A DNA stretch of 64,000 nt from Candidatus Poribacteria bacterium (GCA_965215015.1 OZ244042.1:4352001-4416000); one strand, 5' to 3'; shown: positions 19,460 through 29,413, counted from the first letter of the stretch. The notes: generated by a model from the sequence alone, not told the origin. Program-made: numbers and translations.

Positions 19460-21193
19460 TTAATCCTCAAACACCTCGACCGTTGTTCGCCCCTCCGCAA
19501 AGCGCATCGCCGTGGTTGTAGCGGATTCGCTATCTTTGTTGGTACGGATGTCGGTGGCGTAGCGGGCAAGTGCAACGAGCAGTTGATTTCGAGCAGGATG
19601 CCCCGAACAATTGTTCCACTCATCGAAAACAGTGCGGAGCGTGGGGAGGATTTCGGTGGCAGTATCGTTCCAGAGAATGGCTTTACCGAGCGCGTGAAGC
19701 AAGGTGTCACCGGAGTAACCAGCATGGAGATACCCGAGCACCTGTCCACCGATCGACTGCACATTGAGGGTTTCAATGGCGTTGGTAATCTGTTGGATGC
19801 CTTCCTCCTCATTAGAAGCGTTGAAATCTACCTCGACCGGCGGTGAAGTCAGTGAACGCGATGGAATGTTGAGCCAACGGTCATCGAAAATAAGCCATGC
19901 TGCGTGGAAAATTCCCTTGACTACAGCAGCATCACCAGCGATACCTTGCACCGTGCGAAGTGATGCGGCGAGGTTAAGTTCTGTTGTCAGGCATTCCCAA
20001 CCGGCATCCACGTTCACCGGAGTTCGCGCCATCCGGTCGGCAGCGAGAATCACTAACGTTGAAATAAGTTGATCTATTGGAACGCCGCCTTTCAGGACAT
20101 CCGTGACAGCATCGAATGACTTCTGAATATCCACACTCGTCAACGCGCTCACGAAGGCGTCCTCGTCGTAATCGGTCGCTGCGTTATCCGAGGCATCCAG
20201 TTCACTGAGTTTTCCCCTCATGATGCCAACAGCGTCTCGACGAAACCGTTGTGGCTCACCACGGCTGCGCCCGACCAACTTAGAGCCAAGATTGAAGACC
20301 AGCTCAAAGGCTTGCGCCCAGCCAAATTCGTCAACCGCTTCGGAGAGATAACCGAGCGAAATGAGATTATCCGGAAACCCCAGAAAATGGGGTTCAACCG
20401 TACATTCCAAGAGGAGAGGTAGAATTTTGTCCGCATCGCCGAGGGTGTAGGCAGTGAAGAGACAGCGCTCAATGCGCCCGGAGTGGCCGTCGCGTGAGAA
20501 ACTACGCACCCACGGTTCGATATTTTCCCAAGCCACCGGATTCGGCAACGGCACGACCTCAAGGCGTTCAGCGGCTCCACCAGAAGCAGCACAAGCCGCG
20601 GTTGTCATCGCAATTAGCCGATCAGCGTCTGTATATCGTCGTCCAACCGCAAGCCCGTTCATCAATCGAGCGATATCCCAACCAGCCTCCGAGCCGTGGG
20701 AGCTAGCGATATGTCGCCCAAGATGCCGTAGAATCAACTCGACAATCTCGCCCTCCGGCACGCCTCCTTTGAGGAGTAGGGCAATTGCTTTTGACATCGT
20801 CCAGCGGTCTCCGCTCAAAAGGCCTTCCCACAGTAAGCTGAGGTGTTCTGCCTTTCGTCTGTAGGTCAAATCGCCGAGTTGTACCCAGATTTCGCTGTCC
20901 CGTACTTCGGCGGGGAAGGTTTGCAGGTCATCACACCCGACGTTGAAACAACCCCCGCCTTCAAGGTCGAAACTCCGCTCGTGCCAATCACAGGTGAGGA
21001 TACCGTGTCGAATGCGTCCGCGTGTCAGCGGATAGCCCATGTGAGGACATTGATTGTCGGTCGCGTAAATCTTGTTGTCAATGTTGAACAGTGCGATACT
21101 CCGTCCCTCACCTATCTGTACTGCCTTCGCTTCTCCGACGGGAACTTCGCTCAAATCCGCCAATTTCAGCCATTTTGCTTCTTCGGTTGCCAT
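19460..21193 (-). CDS. Rieske [2Fe-2S] ferredoxin-domain protein with long helical C-terminus (paralogue 1)
   Basis: DNQCPHMG...LTCDWH; shares ADRMARTP and CxGHPARNQLLV blocks with 17642-19390. Confidence 0.85.
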   Translation of the reverse strand: MATEEAKWLKLADLSEVPVGEAKAVQIGEGRSIALFNIDNKIYATDNQCPHMGYPLTRGRIRHGILTCDWHERSFDLEGGGCFNVGCDDLQTFPAEVRDSEIWVQLGDLTYRRKAEHLSLLWEGLLSGDRWTMSKAIALLLKGGVPEGEIVELILRHLGRHIASSHGSEAGWDIARLMNGLAVGRRYTDADRLIAMTTAACAASGGAAERLEVVPLPNPVAWENIEPWVRSFSRDGHSGRIERCLFTAYTLGDADKILPLLLECTVEPHFLGFPDNLISLGYLSEAVDEFGWAQAFELVFNLGSKLVGRSRGEPQRFRRDAVGIMRGKLSELDASDNAATDYDEDAFVSALTSVDIQKSFDAVTDVLKGGVPIDQLISTLVILAADRMARTPVNVDAGWECLTTELNLAASLRTVQGIAGDAAVVKGIFHAAWLIFDDRWLNIPSRSLTSPPVEVDFNASNEEEGIQQITNAIETLNVQSIGGQVLGYLHAGYSGDTLLHALGKAILWNDTATEILPTLRTVFDEWNNCSGHPARNQLLVALARYATDIRTNKDSESATTTAMRFAEGRTTVEVFED

Positions 21194-21697
21194 ACGTTTA
21201 TTTTCCTTTCTAATAGTATCGTGTTCTACAGCTACTATAGATTAAATTGTCCCCAAAAATGAGATGATGGATATTATTTTATCATAACATATGTTAAGTA
21301 TCAAGGGCAAATTTCAAAAAAAATTTATTTAACTTGATTTTTTTAGCATTTAGCGTTGGTATGGCTTTAGATATAAGATATGTAGAAAATCTTAGGCTTC
21401 AGGGTAATCGCACGTAAATGAGGGGTGCCCATAAAGCAGTAGGCACCCCCAGCGTGCCGTAAACCACACAACCGTTATGGCATAGGGCTTGACTAACACG
21501 TAACTGCCATTAAACGCCCAACCATAACTTGAAAAACAAAGCATCTCCAACACCGTAGGTAGGGCATATTGCCCCATCTACCGCCTGAGGCCCATATCTG
21601 TATCCGTGTTTTCTGTGCCCTCTGTTTCATCCGTGATTCAGACAATTATTATCAGCACCCCTTAACCAAATCCCCCTACACGAATCCCAGAAACCGA

Positions 21698-21729
21698 TTG
21701 ACAATGAGATACAAATTCGCTATTATAAT
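21698..21729 (+). promoter_or_regulatory. Putative sigma70 promoter of sat
   Basis: TTGACA-N17-TATTAT (with overlapping TATAAT). Confidence 0.5.
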
Positions 21730-21811
21730 TGCCAAGAGGGTAAATCCCAAATCGCTTGAAACAATTAAAACGATAACTAATGTATTCCATTGTTTATTGA
21801 AGGAGCACTGA

Positions 21812-23005
21812 ATGATTAAACCGCACGGTTCTGATACTTTGAAGCCCCTTTACGTCTCCAACGACGCCGAGCGTGCAGCGTTGATTAGAGAAGCTGAAAG
21901 CTTACCGGCCATCCTTATCTCTTCAGGAGCTGCCGCATCTGCGGTGATGTTCGGTTCAGGCTATTTTAATCCACTCATCGGTTATATGAACCTTGCCGAA
22001 GCTACGAGTGTTGCTCAAAAGATGACCCTGCCGAACGGTCTATTTTGGCCCATTCCGGTGATGAATATTGTCAAGTCCGAGCAGGTCACCGATGCAGTTA
22101 AAGACGCTAAACGAATTGCGCTGCTTGATCCAAATGTAGATGGTCAACCGCCCCTCGCCATCATGGAGGTTTCAGGGATTGAAGAAATCTCCGATGACCA
22201 GGGAACATACCTGATTGAGCAGATTTTTCGGACGACGGATCCGGCGCACCCCGGCGTGGCAGCCTTTACGGATATGGGAAATCAGGCAATCTCTGGTTCG
22301 ATCCAGGTTCTCAACTACTCCTATTTCAAATCTGACTTCCCTGATACCTTCCGCACCGCCTCCGAAATCCGAGAAGACATTGAGAAGCGGGGGTGGAATA
22401 CGGTTGTTGCTTTCCAGACAAGGAACCCTATGCACCGCGCACATGAGGAGTTATGTAAAATTGCCCAAAACGAAGTTGATGCTGATGGCATCCTAATTCA
22501 CATGTTACTTGGGAAGTTGAAGGCGGGTGATATTCCTGCCCACGTCCGTGACGCTTCTATCCGCAAAATGGTCGAGTTGTATTTTCCCGAAAACACCGTT
22601 TCAATAACGGGTTATGGGTTTGATATGCTCTACGCTGGGCCCCGCGAAGCCGTGTTGCATGCGGTGTTCCGGCAGAATTGTGGATGTACACATCTGATTG
22701 TCGGCCGAGACCATGCAGGGGTTGGGGATTACTATGGACCTTTTGACGCGCAGACCATTTTTGATGACATCCCCAAAGGTGCACTCGAAATCGAAATCTT
22801 TCGGGGCGATCATACCGTTTGGTGTAATCAGTGTGGTGAGATTGTAATGATGCGTGACTGCTCGCATGGACCGGAAGATTACCTATTCCTGTCGGGGACG
22901 AAAGTTAGGGACATGCTGGCAGCGGGAGAGATGTTACCGCCGGAGTTTTCGCGTCCCGAAGTTGCAGAAATTTTGATGGAATTCTATCAAGATTCTGAGG
23001 GGTAA
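21812..23005 (+). CDS. sat: Sulfate adenylyltransferase (Sat type)
   Basis: AFQTRNPMHRAHE, YAGPREA, IVGRDHAGVG, LSGTKVR, PPEFSRPEV. Confidence 0.97.
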   Translation: MIKPHGSDTLKPLYVSNDAERAALIREAESLPAILISSGAAASAVMFGSGYFNPLIGYMNLAEATSVAQKMTLPNGLFWPIPVMNIVKSEQVTDAVKDAKRIALLDPNVDGQPPLAIMEVSGIEEISDDQGTYLIEQIFRTTDPAHPGVAAFTDMGNQAISGSIQVLNYSYFKSDFPDTFRTASEIREDIEKRGWNTVVAFQTRNPMHRAHEELCKIAQNEVDADGILIHMLLGKLKAGDIPAHVRDASIRKMVELYFPENTVSITGYGFDMLYAGPREAVLHAVFRQNCGCTHLIVGRDHAGVGDYYGPFDAQTIFDDIPKGALEIEIFRGDHTVWCNQCGEIVMMRDCSHGPEDYLFLSGTKVRDMLAAGEMLPPEFSRPEVAEILMEFYQDSEG

Positions 23006-23045
23006 TGCTGCAAACTCTTTGCACTATCGGTACTGAAAATCTGCG

Positions 23046-23837
23046 TTACCATTTCATATTCAGAGCAAATCGCGGTTGGTTGCTCGTATTTTTGCTTCCT
23101 GCATGGATGCACAGATGGTGTAGGAATAGTACATCACCACGTCGAAGGGATAAGCCAATAGGGTCACCGAGATTGAAATCGGGCAGATCTCCATTCAGCG
23201 TGTTCCGGTATTCGTAACGGGTTGGATTTTTTCGCGCCATGCGCTCTAGCTCGTGATGCGATCCAGGCCAGACGAATGTGCCGCCGCCGTGCAGCGCGAT
23301 GTCGTTCAGATAAATCAGCGCACCAATTCGGAAGACAGGCGGAAAGGTCTTGTGATTGTGTTCCTCAAGGGAGTGGTCTAGGTGCCCGCCCGACGTGATT
23401 GTGGGAGGCTCCCATTCACCTGGGGTAGGATAGATATTGATGGTGTAAGCGCAATCCCACCTGAAGAACTTAGAGACATCCTCCTTCGCCTCTTGTGCTG
23501 CTAGGAAATCGGGGGCGCAATAAGTCTTCGGATGCCGATGTAGTTTGCTAAATGTGGACGGGGCCTCCTCTGTCAACTGCGCTGCTGCGGCAAGACATTG
23601 CGGAGTGAAGCAGTTGACGAGATCCGCGCTGTTATATAGACAAATCCCACCTTGGAGGTTCTCCCAGGAGGATGGCGGGTCATCGGGGGAGATTCCCACA
23701 CAATGCCACATCGCAGCCTCTGCCTTTGCAGCGATGTCCTCAGGAATTAGCCCAGAAACGAGTAGGTAACCGTCACGGTTATATTGTTCAATTTGCGCTT
23801 CTGAAATGGGAGAATTGTTTTTACTCGGGTTTGTCAT
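23046..23837 (-). CDS. Phytanoyl-CoA dioxygenase (PhyH) family protein
   Basis: Y.RDGYL start, HLD, GGT.VWPGSH, GDVLF.H...H...N...R. Confidence 0.88.
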   Translation of the reverse strand: MTNPSKNNSPISEAQIEQYNRDGYLLVSGLIPEDIAAKAEAAMWHCVGISPDDPPSSWENLQGGICLYNSADLVNCFTPQCLAAAAQLTEEAPSTFSKLHRHPKTYCAPDFLAAQEAKEDVSKFFRWDCAYTINIYPTPGEWEPPTITSGGHLDHSLEEHNHKTFPPVFRIGALIYLNDIALHGGGTFVWPGSHHELERMARKNPTRYEYRNTLNGDLPDFNLGDPIGLSLRRGDVLFLHHLCIHAGSKNTSNQPRFALNMKW

Positions 23838-23854
23838 GTCGATCCCTCCGTAGC

Positions 23855-24104
23855 TTATCCAGTCGGTCTATCACGTCTTGCAACGATTGACTGGGTAACA
23901 GATTCCAATGGGCATGGCGGGGAATTCTTTTCAACTGGGTTAGGTGTTGCCGGGGTGCTTTCTTACCGGGGTATTTACCGTAGTACCGACGGCATAAGGC
24001 GACGAAGTGATTCCACACCTCTGCATGGCCGTCAATCGTTTTCTGCAATTCACGATTGCCGTGATTGCTATACATTTTGAACTTGCTCGCTTGCTGGCTC
24101 TCAT
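23855..24104 (-). pseudogene. tnpB: 5' fragment of IS200/IS605 TnpB
   Basis: KFKMY..L..TID..AEVWNH.VAL.RRYY..LTQLK..W..LPSQSLQDVI.RLDK resembles the TnpB HTH/N-terminus; frameshift near the start; no RuvC/Zn-finger part. Confidence 0.7.
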
Positions 24105-24313
24105 ATCCTATGTCAGTCGGAGGTGGAAGCCACTGACGGGGGCCGGTGCTGACATGCTCCCACGAAAGCAAAGAAAAGTATACCCTATTTTGATGCGATT
24201 GTTAGCCGCTGTTAGGTTCTTGAATTCTTACGGCTACAAGCCACTTAACAGATAGCCTAACAGTCAGACGATTTCAACCGTTGTTTGACTGAATACCCTT
24301 TGCCAATCTGCAT

Positions 24314-24333
24314 CCCCGTCTTAAAAGACGGGG
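24314..24333. mobile_element. IS200/IS605-type terminal hairpin
   Basis: CCCCGTCTT-AA-AAGACGGGG perfect stem ~210 bp upstream of the tnpB fragment. Confidence 0.6.
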
Positions 24334-24624
24334 TTTTAGATCGGAAAATTCTGATAAGTAGCGTCGATCTGCTGTGAGGCATCGGTTTCCCACTGGTAAT
24401 CCGCGGCATACCACCGCTGTTTGGCATCGGAAACGAGCGTGCCTCTAACCTGTCCCGAAGTTCTCTCGAGAAAGTCCTTGATTCTCAACTGCCCTAATAC
24501 CATCAATGACCTCAAATGTCTGGGGATGTTATTCATATAGATTCATAAAAAGTAACATATTATCGAAAATTAGGCAATATAAAAAATGGGCTTGTATAGT
24601 ATTCTGGCGTGTCGTCAAAACCAC

Positions 24625-24652
24625 TTGACACAACAAGGGAGGTGTGTATAAT
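24625..24652 (+). promoter_or_regulatory. Consensus sigma70 promoter upstream of modABC
   Basis: TTGACA-N16-TATAAT. Confidence 0.65.
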
Positions 24653-24694
24653 GTTGTCTGAACTGGGATTCGTGGGATCGATAGATTAGTTAGG

Positions 24695-24830
24695 TAGGAG
24701 TTACGCAGTTGAAGGTTCAACCCCTCCGCTTCGAGAGGCTTCGACTTGTAGTTCGGCAGCAAGAACACCATCAAGAAGTTCCTCGGGCACACCGATTGGT
24801 GTGCCCTACTAATGAAGTGCGTAAGTCCTA
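24695..24830. mobile_element. MITE-like element, TAGGAGTTACGCA...TGCGTAAGTCCTA
   Basis: 13-bp terminal inverted repeat with one mismatch; related to 9376-9527. Confidence 0.65.
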
Positions 24831-24899
24831 AGTTAAAAAAAAGAAATCCAATAGTCCTGAATAGTCGTCAACTTGATTCCTAAATCCTGATTAAAATCG

Positions 24900-25649
24900 A
24901 TGAAACCCTATCTTCTTATTCTTTTAATTTTTGCTTGTCTGTTTATTGGGTGTTCAGGCGAGGAACTGATTATCTTTGGCGCGATGAGCTTGACGGATGC
25001 ACTCACAGAGGTCAGCCAGCGTTTTGGTGCAGTGCAGAATGTCAAGGTGTATTGCAATTTCGCCGGTTCTTCAACCTTACAACGCCAAATCGAGAAGGGC
25101 GCGCCGACGGATGTGTTCATTTCCGCCAGTCCCAAGCAAATCGATGCCTTACAACGGAAGGGACTGATTTATGAGGATACGCGCCGGGCAATCTTGAACA
25201 ACCAGTTGGTGTTGGTTGCGCCTGTCACTAGCTCACTTACCATGACTGATGGGGCGGGGCTCGCCCAAGACTCGATTCGACGGATTGCTATCGGCGAACC
25301 GAATTCAGTCCCTGCTGGCATTTATGGAAAAGAGGCTTTGACACACTTGGGGGTCTGGACCACCGTGCAGCCAAAATTGATTCCCAGTGCCGATGTTCGA
25401 TCCACTTTGGCGTATGTGGAATCCGGCGAGGTTGATATCGGGGTTATCTATCAAACGGACGCACGGTTCAGTAAGAAGGTCAGAACTATCTACCAATTTC
25501 CTAATTCAAGTCATTCCCCAATTGTGTATCCTGCAGCGATACTCCGAAGCACCGGGCATCAATTTCTCGCTCAGGCGTTTTTGGAGTACCTGCAAACCCC
25601 CGAAGTCACAGCAATCTTTGAAAAATACGGTTTCTCTGTGGTGAAATAA
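24900..25649 (+). CDS. modA: Molybdate ABC transporter substrate-binding lipoprotein
   Basis: Lipobox FIG-C, AMSL, FAGSSTL..QI, DVFISA, SVPAG.Y, PIVYP. Confidence 0.94.
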   Translation: MKPYLLILLIFACLFIGCSGEELIIFGAMSLTDALTEVSQRFGAVQNVKVYCNFAGSSTLQRQIEKGAPTDVFISASPKQIDALQRKGLIYEDTRRAILNNQLVLVAPVTSSLTMTDGAGLAQDSIRRIAIGEPNSVPAGIYGKEALTHLGVWTTVQPKLIPSADVRSTLAYVESGEVDIGVIYQTDARFSKKVRTIYQFPNSSHSPIVYPAAILRSTGHQFLAQAFLEYLQTPEVTAIFEKYGFSVVK

Positions 25650-26314
25650 TGTTAATAGCAGCAGAAATCAGTGCGTTAGTTTTATCTATCAAAGCTGCCT
25701 CGTTGAGTCTGCTTCTCATCCTGCCTCCGGGACTCCTCATCGGTTGGATACTCGCCAAATTTTCATTCCCCGGCAAATCGCTCCTTAATACCGTTGTCAT
25801 GCTGCCGATGGTACTGCCGCCGGTCGTCAGCGGTTTTTTCCTTTTAATTCTCCTCAGTAAGCGTGGACCAATCGGGGGGCTGCTTTTCCGGTTTTTCGGG
25901 CTGGAAATTGTCTTTTCGTGGCTAGCGGTGGTGTTAGCGATTTCCGTGCTTTCGTTTCCACTGTTGGTACGCGGCATCGTCACAGCGATGGAGGCAGTGA
26001 ACCCACAACTGGAGAATGCCGCAAGAACGCTCGGTGCCTCGCCGTTGAAGGTGTTTCTTACTGTCACGCTGCCCCTGTCATACCGCGGGGTTATCGGGGG
26101 AGCAATCCTCGGATTTGCCAGAAGCCTTGGAGAATTCGGGGCAACCATGATGGTGGCAGGAAACATCCCCGGAAAGACGCAGACATTGCCTTTGGCAATC
26201 TATAACTTCGTTCAAATCGGTCAGGATATGAGCGCATACCGTCTGGTGTTCCTATCCACCTTGATCGCTTTCGCTACACTATGGATGGCGGAACGGTTGC
26301 ATATCAAGAGGTGA
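25649..26314 (+). CDS. modB: Molybdate ABC transporter permease
   Basis: LPMVLPPVV.G, AARTLGA, FARSLGEFGAT..AGNIPG.TQT. Confidence 0.96.
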   Translation: MLIAAEISALVLSIKAASLSLLLILPPGLLIGWILAKFSFPGKSLLNTVVMLPMVLPPVVSGFFLLILLSKRGPIGGLLFRFFGLEIVFSWLAVVLAISVLSFPLLVRGIVTAMEAVNPQLENAARTLGASPLKVFLTVTLPLSYRGVIGGAILGFARSLGEFGATMMVAGNIPGKTQTLPLAIYNFVQIGQDMSAYRLVFLSTLIAFATLWMAERLHIKR

Positions 26315-26358
26315 GCTATCCCCCCTCAACCCCAGTTACGTTTTAGGGATTATGTCCC

Positions 26359-27438
26359 ATGTTAAAACTCAGTTTTCGCAAGCGTCTTGGCAATTTTCAG
26401 ATTGAAATGGATCATACCATCACAGAGAAAGTAACGGCATTTCTGGGGCCATCGGGAAGCGGCAAAAGTACACTACTCAACTGTATTAGTGGCATTCTGC
26501 AGCCTGACGAAGGAGAACTCCTGTTTTCTGGTCAAACGTTGTATTCCTCCGATCAGAAGCAGTGTCTTCCACCGGAAAAACGTCATTTCGGATATGTCTT
26601 TCAGGAAGGGTATCTTTTTCCACACCTGAAGGTACGGCAGAACATCTCCTACGGTCGTCCCCGCCACCTCGACAATGGCAAACGGATTAACACCGATACA
26701 ATTATCGATATCCTTGAAATCGGAGAATTGTTGGATCGGTATCCAAGCCAACTGTCCGGCGGTCAACGGCAGCGGGTCGCTATTGCTCGCGCTTTGGGAA
26801 TGTCCCCGCGCTTGCTATTAATGGACGAGCCACTCACCTCTCTGGATGCCGGCTTGAAAAACCGCATCCTACCCTACCTTTATCACATCAAACAGACGTT
26901 TGATATCCCCCTCCTTTACGTCACCCACTCCATTTCAGAGGTGATGGCACTTGCAGATGAGGCGTTTTTGCTCTCTGAAGGTCGGATTACGGCGCGTGGA
27001 GAACCCCACCAACTACTGGCGTTTCCTGCGGCATTGCCTGTTGCCCAGATGACAGGCGTGGAAAATATTCTCGCTTTGCCGGTGGTTGTTGCGTCCGAAG
27101 AACGCGGCGTGACGGAATTGGCATTGGGGGAACAAAGACTGATGGTTTCGTATACGGAGACGGAGCCCGGTGTAACGATGCCAATTGCCTTCAGGGCACG
27201 GGATATCATCGTTGCGATGGACCCTAATCTGCGGATGAGTGCGCGGAATATTTTGCGTGGAACAATCCGGCAGATCGCTGTCCAAGTGGGGCGCGTGATG
27301 CTATCGGTCGATATCGAGGGGCATTTGTTGTCGGTGGAGGTTACGAGCGATGCCCGTGAACAGCTTGGGCTTGCAGAGGGAACGGTATGTTACTTTATCA
27401 TCAAGGCGAGCGCGATTAACCTGCTTTGGGAGACTTGA
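26359..27438 (+). CDS. modC: Molybdate ABC transporter ATPase with C-terminal TOBE domains
   Basis: GPSGSGKS, LSGGQRQRVA, LLMDEP, SARN TOBE motif. Confidence 0.95.
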   Translation: MLKLSFRKRLGNFQIEMDHTITEKVTAFLGPSGSGKSTLLNCISGILQPDEGELLFSGQTLYSSDQKQCLPPEKRHFGYVFQEGYLFPHLKVRQNISYGRPRHLDNGKRINTDTIIDILEIGELLDRYPSQLSGGQRQRVAIARALGMSPRLLLMDEPLTSLDAGLKNRILPYLYHIKQTFDIPLLYVTHSISEVMALADEAFLLSEGRITARGEPHQLLAFPAALPVAQMTGVENILALPVVVASEERGVTELALGEQRLMVSYTETEPGVTMPIAFRARDIIVAMDPNLRMSARNILRGTIRQIAVQVGRVMLSVDIEGHLLSVEVTSDAREQLGLAEGTVCYFIIKASAINLLWET

Positions 27439-27571
27439 GCTGAATTCACCTCTAAACCCAATGATGACAAGTGAAAACAACACACAGCAATAACAGTCTG
27501 ACTCCAAATAGGATTAGCCATTTTTTTGCCCGGAAAAACGGGTAAAAACAAATAGGACAGAGGTAATATTG

Positions 27572-27712
27572 ATGAATTTTGCAGCAACAATCCTCGTGAT
27601 CATTGTTGCTGCGAGTTACATTGCTCAAGTCGATATTCTGAATTATCGATGGAGAAAGCTCATAAAGCGCGTGGACAAACGGTTCACTGAAACAATCTCG
27701 CAGGTGAATTAA
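27572..27712 (+). CDS. Possible 46-aa membrane-anchored peptide (possibly a truncated pseudogene)
   Basis: GAGG SD, then MNFAATILVIIVAASYIAQ...; the frame continues with amphipathic sequence after the TAA. Confidence 0.3.
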   Translation: MNFAATILVIIVAASYIAQVDILNYRWRKLIKRVDKRFTETISQVN

Positions 27713-27782
27713 CAAACCGCAAGGGTCCGCGGCGATATTGCTAACATGCACCAAGATATGAATCAGCAATGGGTGTACCTTA

Positions 27783-29138
27783 TCACTTCACTATATTCTT
27801 CGCTTTCTTGAACTTCTCTTTGGCAAATGCTCTCCATTCCTTTAGCTTCTGATTTCGGAAGTCTGGCTGCTGCCAATTCCCCTGAGAGAGCGTCATCGCT
27901 TCCGCTTCTGTAATTGGAACCTGGCCCAAAATCTGAATCGCAACGGTGCGCTTGTCTGGATCTTTATTTTTATTAATGGCTTTCCATGTGCTGACCAGAT
28001 CTTTATGCGGTTCAATGACAAGCGCACCGATGAGGTCTCCGACAATATCCCAGCGTTTCCCACCTTTTTCTGCGTCGTAGTCAATGGGAGTCAGATTCAA
28101 CTCGAATGGATTGGCGGCAACACAGCGATCTCCAAGTTTGTCGTACAATGCTGGGATAACGCTGCTACGGTTCAACCCTCCTTTCCATTTCGGGCCCTCT
28201 GGGTCGGTGTCGCGTAACACCCAAAGTTTTTGTGCTTCATCGGAAAGAACAAAATCGAGGAATTTCTGGGCGACAGCCATATTGAGTGCCCCTTTGAGGA
28301 TGGCAATTGAGTCCGGACTGACGACAGCGGCATCAGGTGGCACAACGTATTTAATTTTATCTGCACCGATTTCGGCAATCTTACCGTAGGCGTAGAAGTC
28401 AATTGCCATGCCATAGATAACCTGCCCCGCCCCAACATCTCTGGGAATTGTATTTGATCCTGCGGAAAACCCTCTGACATTCGCACCGAGTTGCGTAATT
28501 AACTCAAAGCCTTTTTCCCAACCGTAGCCTTGTAAAATGAGTTCGTACATCATGTGTGCACTCCCGCTCTCACGGGGGTCTGCTGCACCGACGCGGTTGA
28601 TGAGTTTCGGGTGTGTTAGGTCTTTCCATGTCTGGATTTCGGGTAATCCTAGAAACGCACGCAACTGCTCATTGTACATAATTCCAAAACTTGACAGTGC
28701 TGCACCGTACCAACGATATTCTGGATCATAAACGGGGATACCAAAAATCTCCTTCGGGATTCGTGCCAGTTGAGCTTCCGATAGCTTGTAGGGAGCCAGC
28801 AAGCCCTTATCGGCGAGCTTGAGGTAGTTGTCAGTCCCGCCGCCGAAAAAGAGATCTATCCCAATGCCTTCGGGCAGCCGCTTAAACTCTGATTCGATAA
28901 ACCGGAAGTCAGAGGAAGATCCGCCTTGATCGAGCCAATCTGTGGTGACTTGGCGTCCTGTCTCCTTGGCATACCACTCCTTAAACGCCGTATCGAACTC
29001 TGTTTCGATACCTTCCCAATGTGGTGATATAATGACGAGCTTATCTTGAGCGAAGGCGGTTTGCCCGAAAATTAGAGTGATGACACTACAGAGGGTGATG
29101 AGGGTTGCAAAAGTTAATCTATTCTTTAATTTCGACAT
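27783..29138 (-). CDS. ABC transporter periplasmic substrate-binding protein (Fe3+/polyamine/thiamine-like class)
   Basis: Signal peptide (TAFA), LVIISPH, DLFFGGG, ADPRESGS, AQKFLDFVLS. Confidence 0.85.
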   Translation of the reverse strand: MSKLKNRLTFATLITLCSVITLIFGQTAFAQDKLVIISPHWEGIETEFDTAFKEWYAKETGRQVTTDWLDQGGSSSDFRFIESEFKRLPEGIGIDLFFGGGTDNYLKLADKGLLAPYKLSEAQLARIPKEIFGIPVYDPEYRWYGAALSSFGIMYNEQLRAFLGLPEIQTWKDLTHPKLINRVGAADPRESGSAHMMYELILQGYGWEKGFELITQLGANVRGFSAGSNTIPRDVGAGQVIYGMAIDFYAYGKIAEIGADKIKYVVPPDAAVVSPDSIAILKGALNMAVAQKFLDFVLSDEAQKLWVLRDTDPEGPKWKGGLNRSSVIPALYDKLGDRCVAANPFELNLTPIDYDAEKGGKRWDIVGDLIGALVIEPHKDLVSTWKAINKNKDPDKRTVAIQILGQVPITEAEAMTLSQGNWQQPDFRNQKLKEWRAFAKEKFKKAKNIVK

Positions 29139-29233
29139 AGTGATATATCCTTATTATTGTGATTGGGGATTAGATGGATTTCATAGATGCCAGGATTTGA
29201 ATCCGCGTTCATACGGTGAATCGGCGATAACAG

Positions 29234-29365
29234 TTAGATAGGCAGCCGACGGACAATTGCGGGCATCTGCCAGATCAAAATCAGAATTATTGCTAGCAGA
29301 ATAAGATACCATATAACGCGCTTCCATGAACCCCTGCCTTGAACGGGACGATTTGAAAGTTTCAT
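29234..29365 (-). CDS. Small single-pass membrane protein (43 aa), absent from the ORF track
   Basis: MKLSNRPVQGRGSWKRVIWYLILLAIILILIWQMPAIVRRLPI*; AGGAGGT 11 nt upstream. Confidence 0.6.
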   Translation of the reverse strand: MKLSNRPVQGRGSWKRVIWYLILLAIILILIWQMPAIVRRLPI

Positions 29366-29413
29366 CTTGTCATTTTACCTCCTGTGAGTTGTTTAGTATG
29401 ATGTAAGCTGCTC

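Noticed and set aside
24336-24536. 66-aa ORF next to the IS hairpin as tnpA
   Set aside because: No HUH or catalytic Tyr motif; it lies outside the hairpin; left unannotated
27452-27769. 105-aa Cys-rich minus-strand ORF
   Set aside because: No SD or recognisable motif; the plus-strand small ORF at 27572 is slightly better supported
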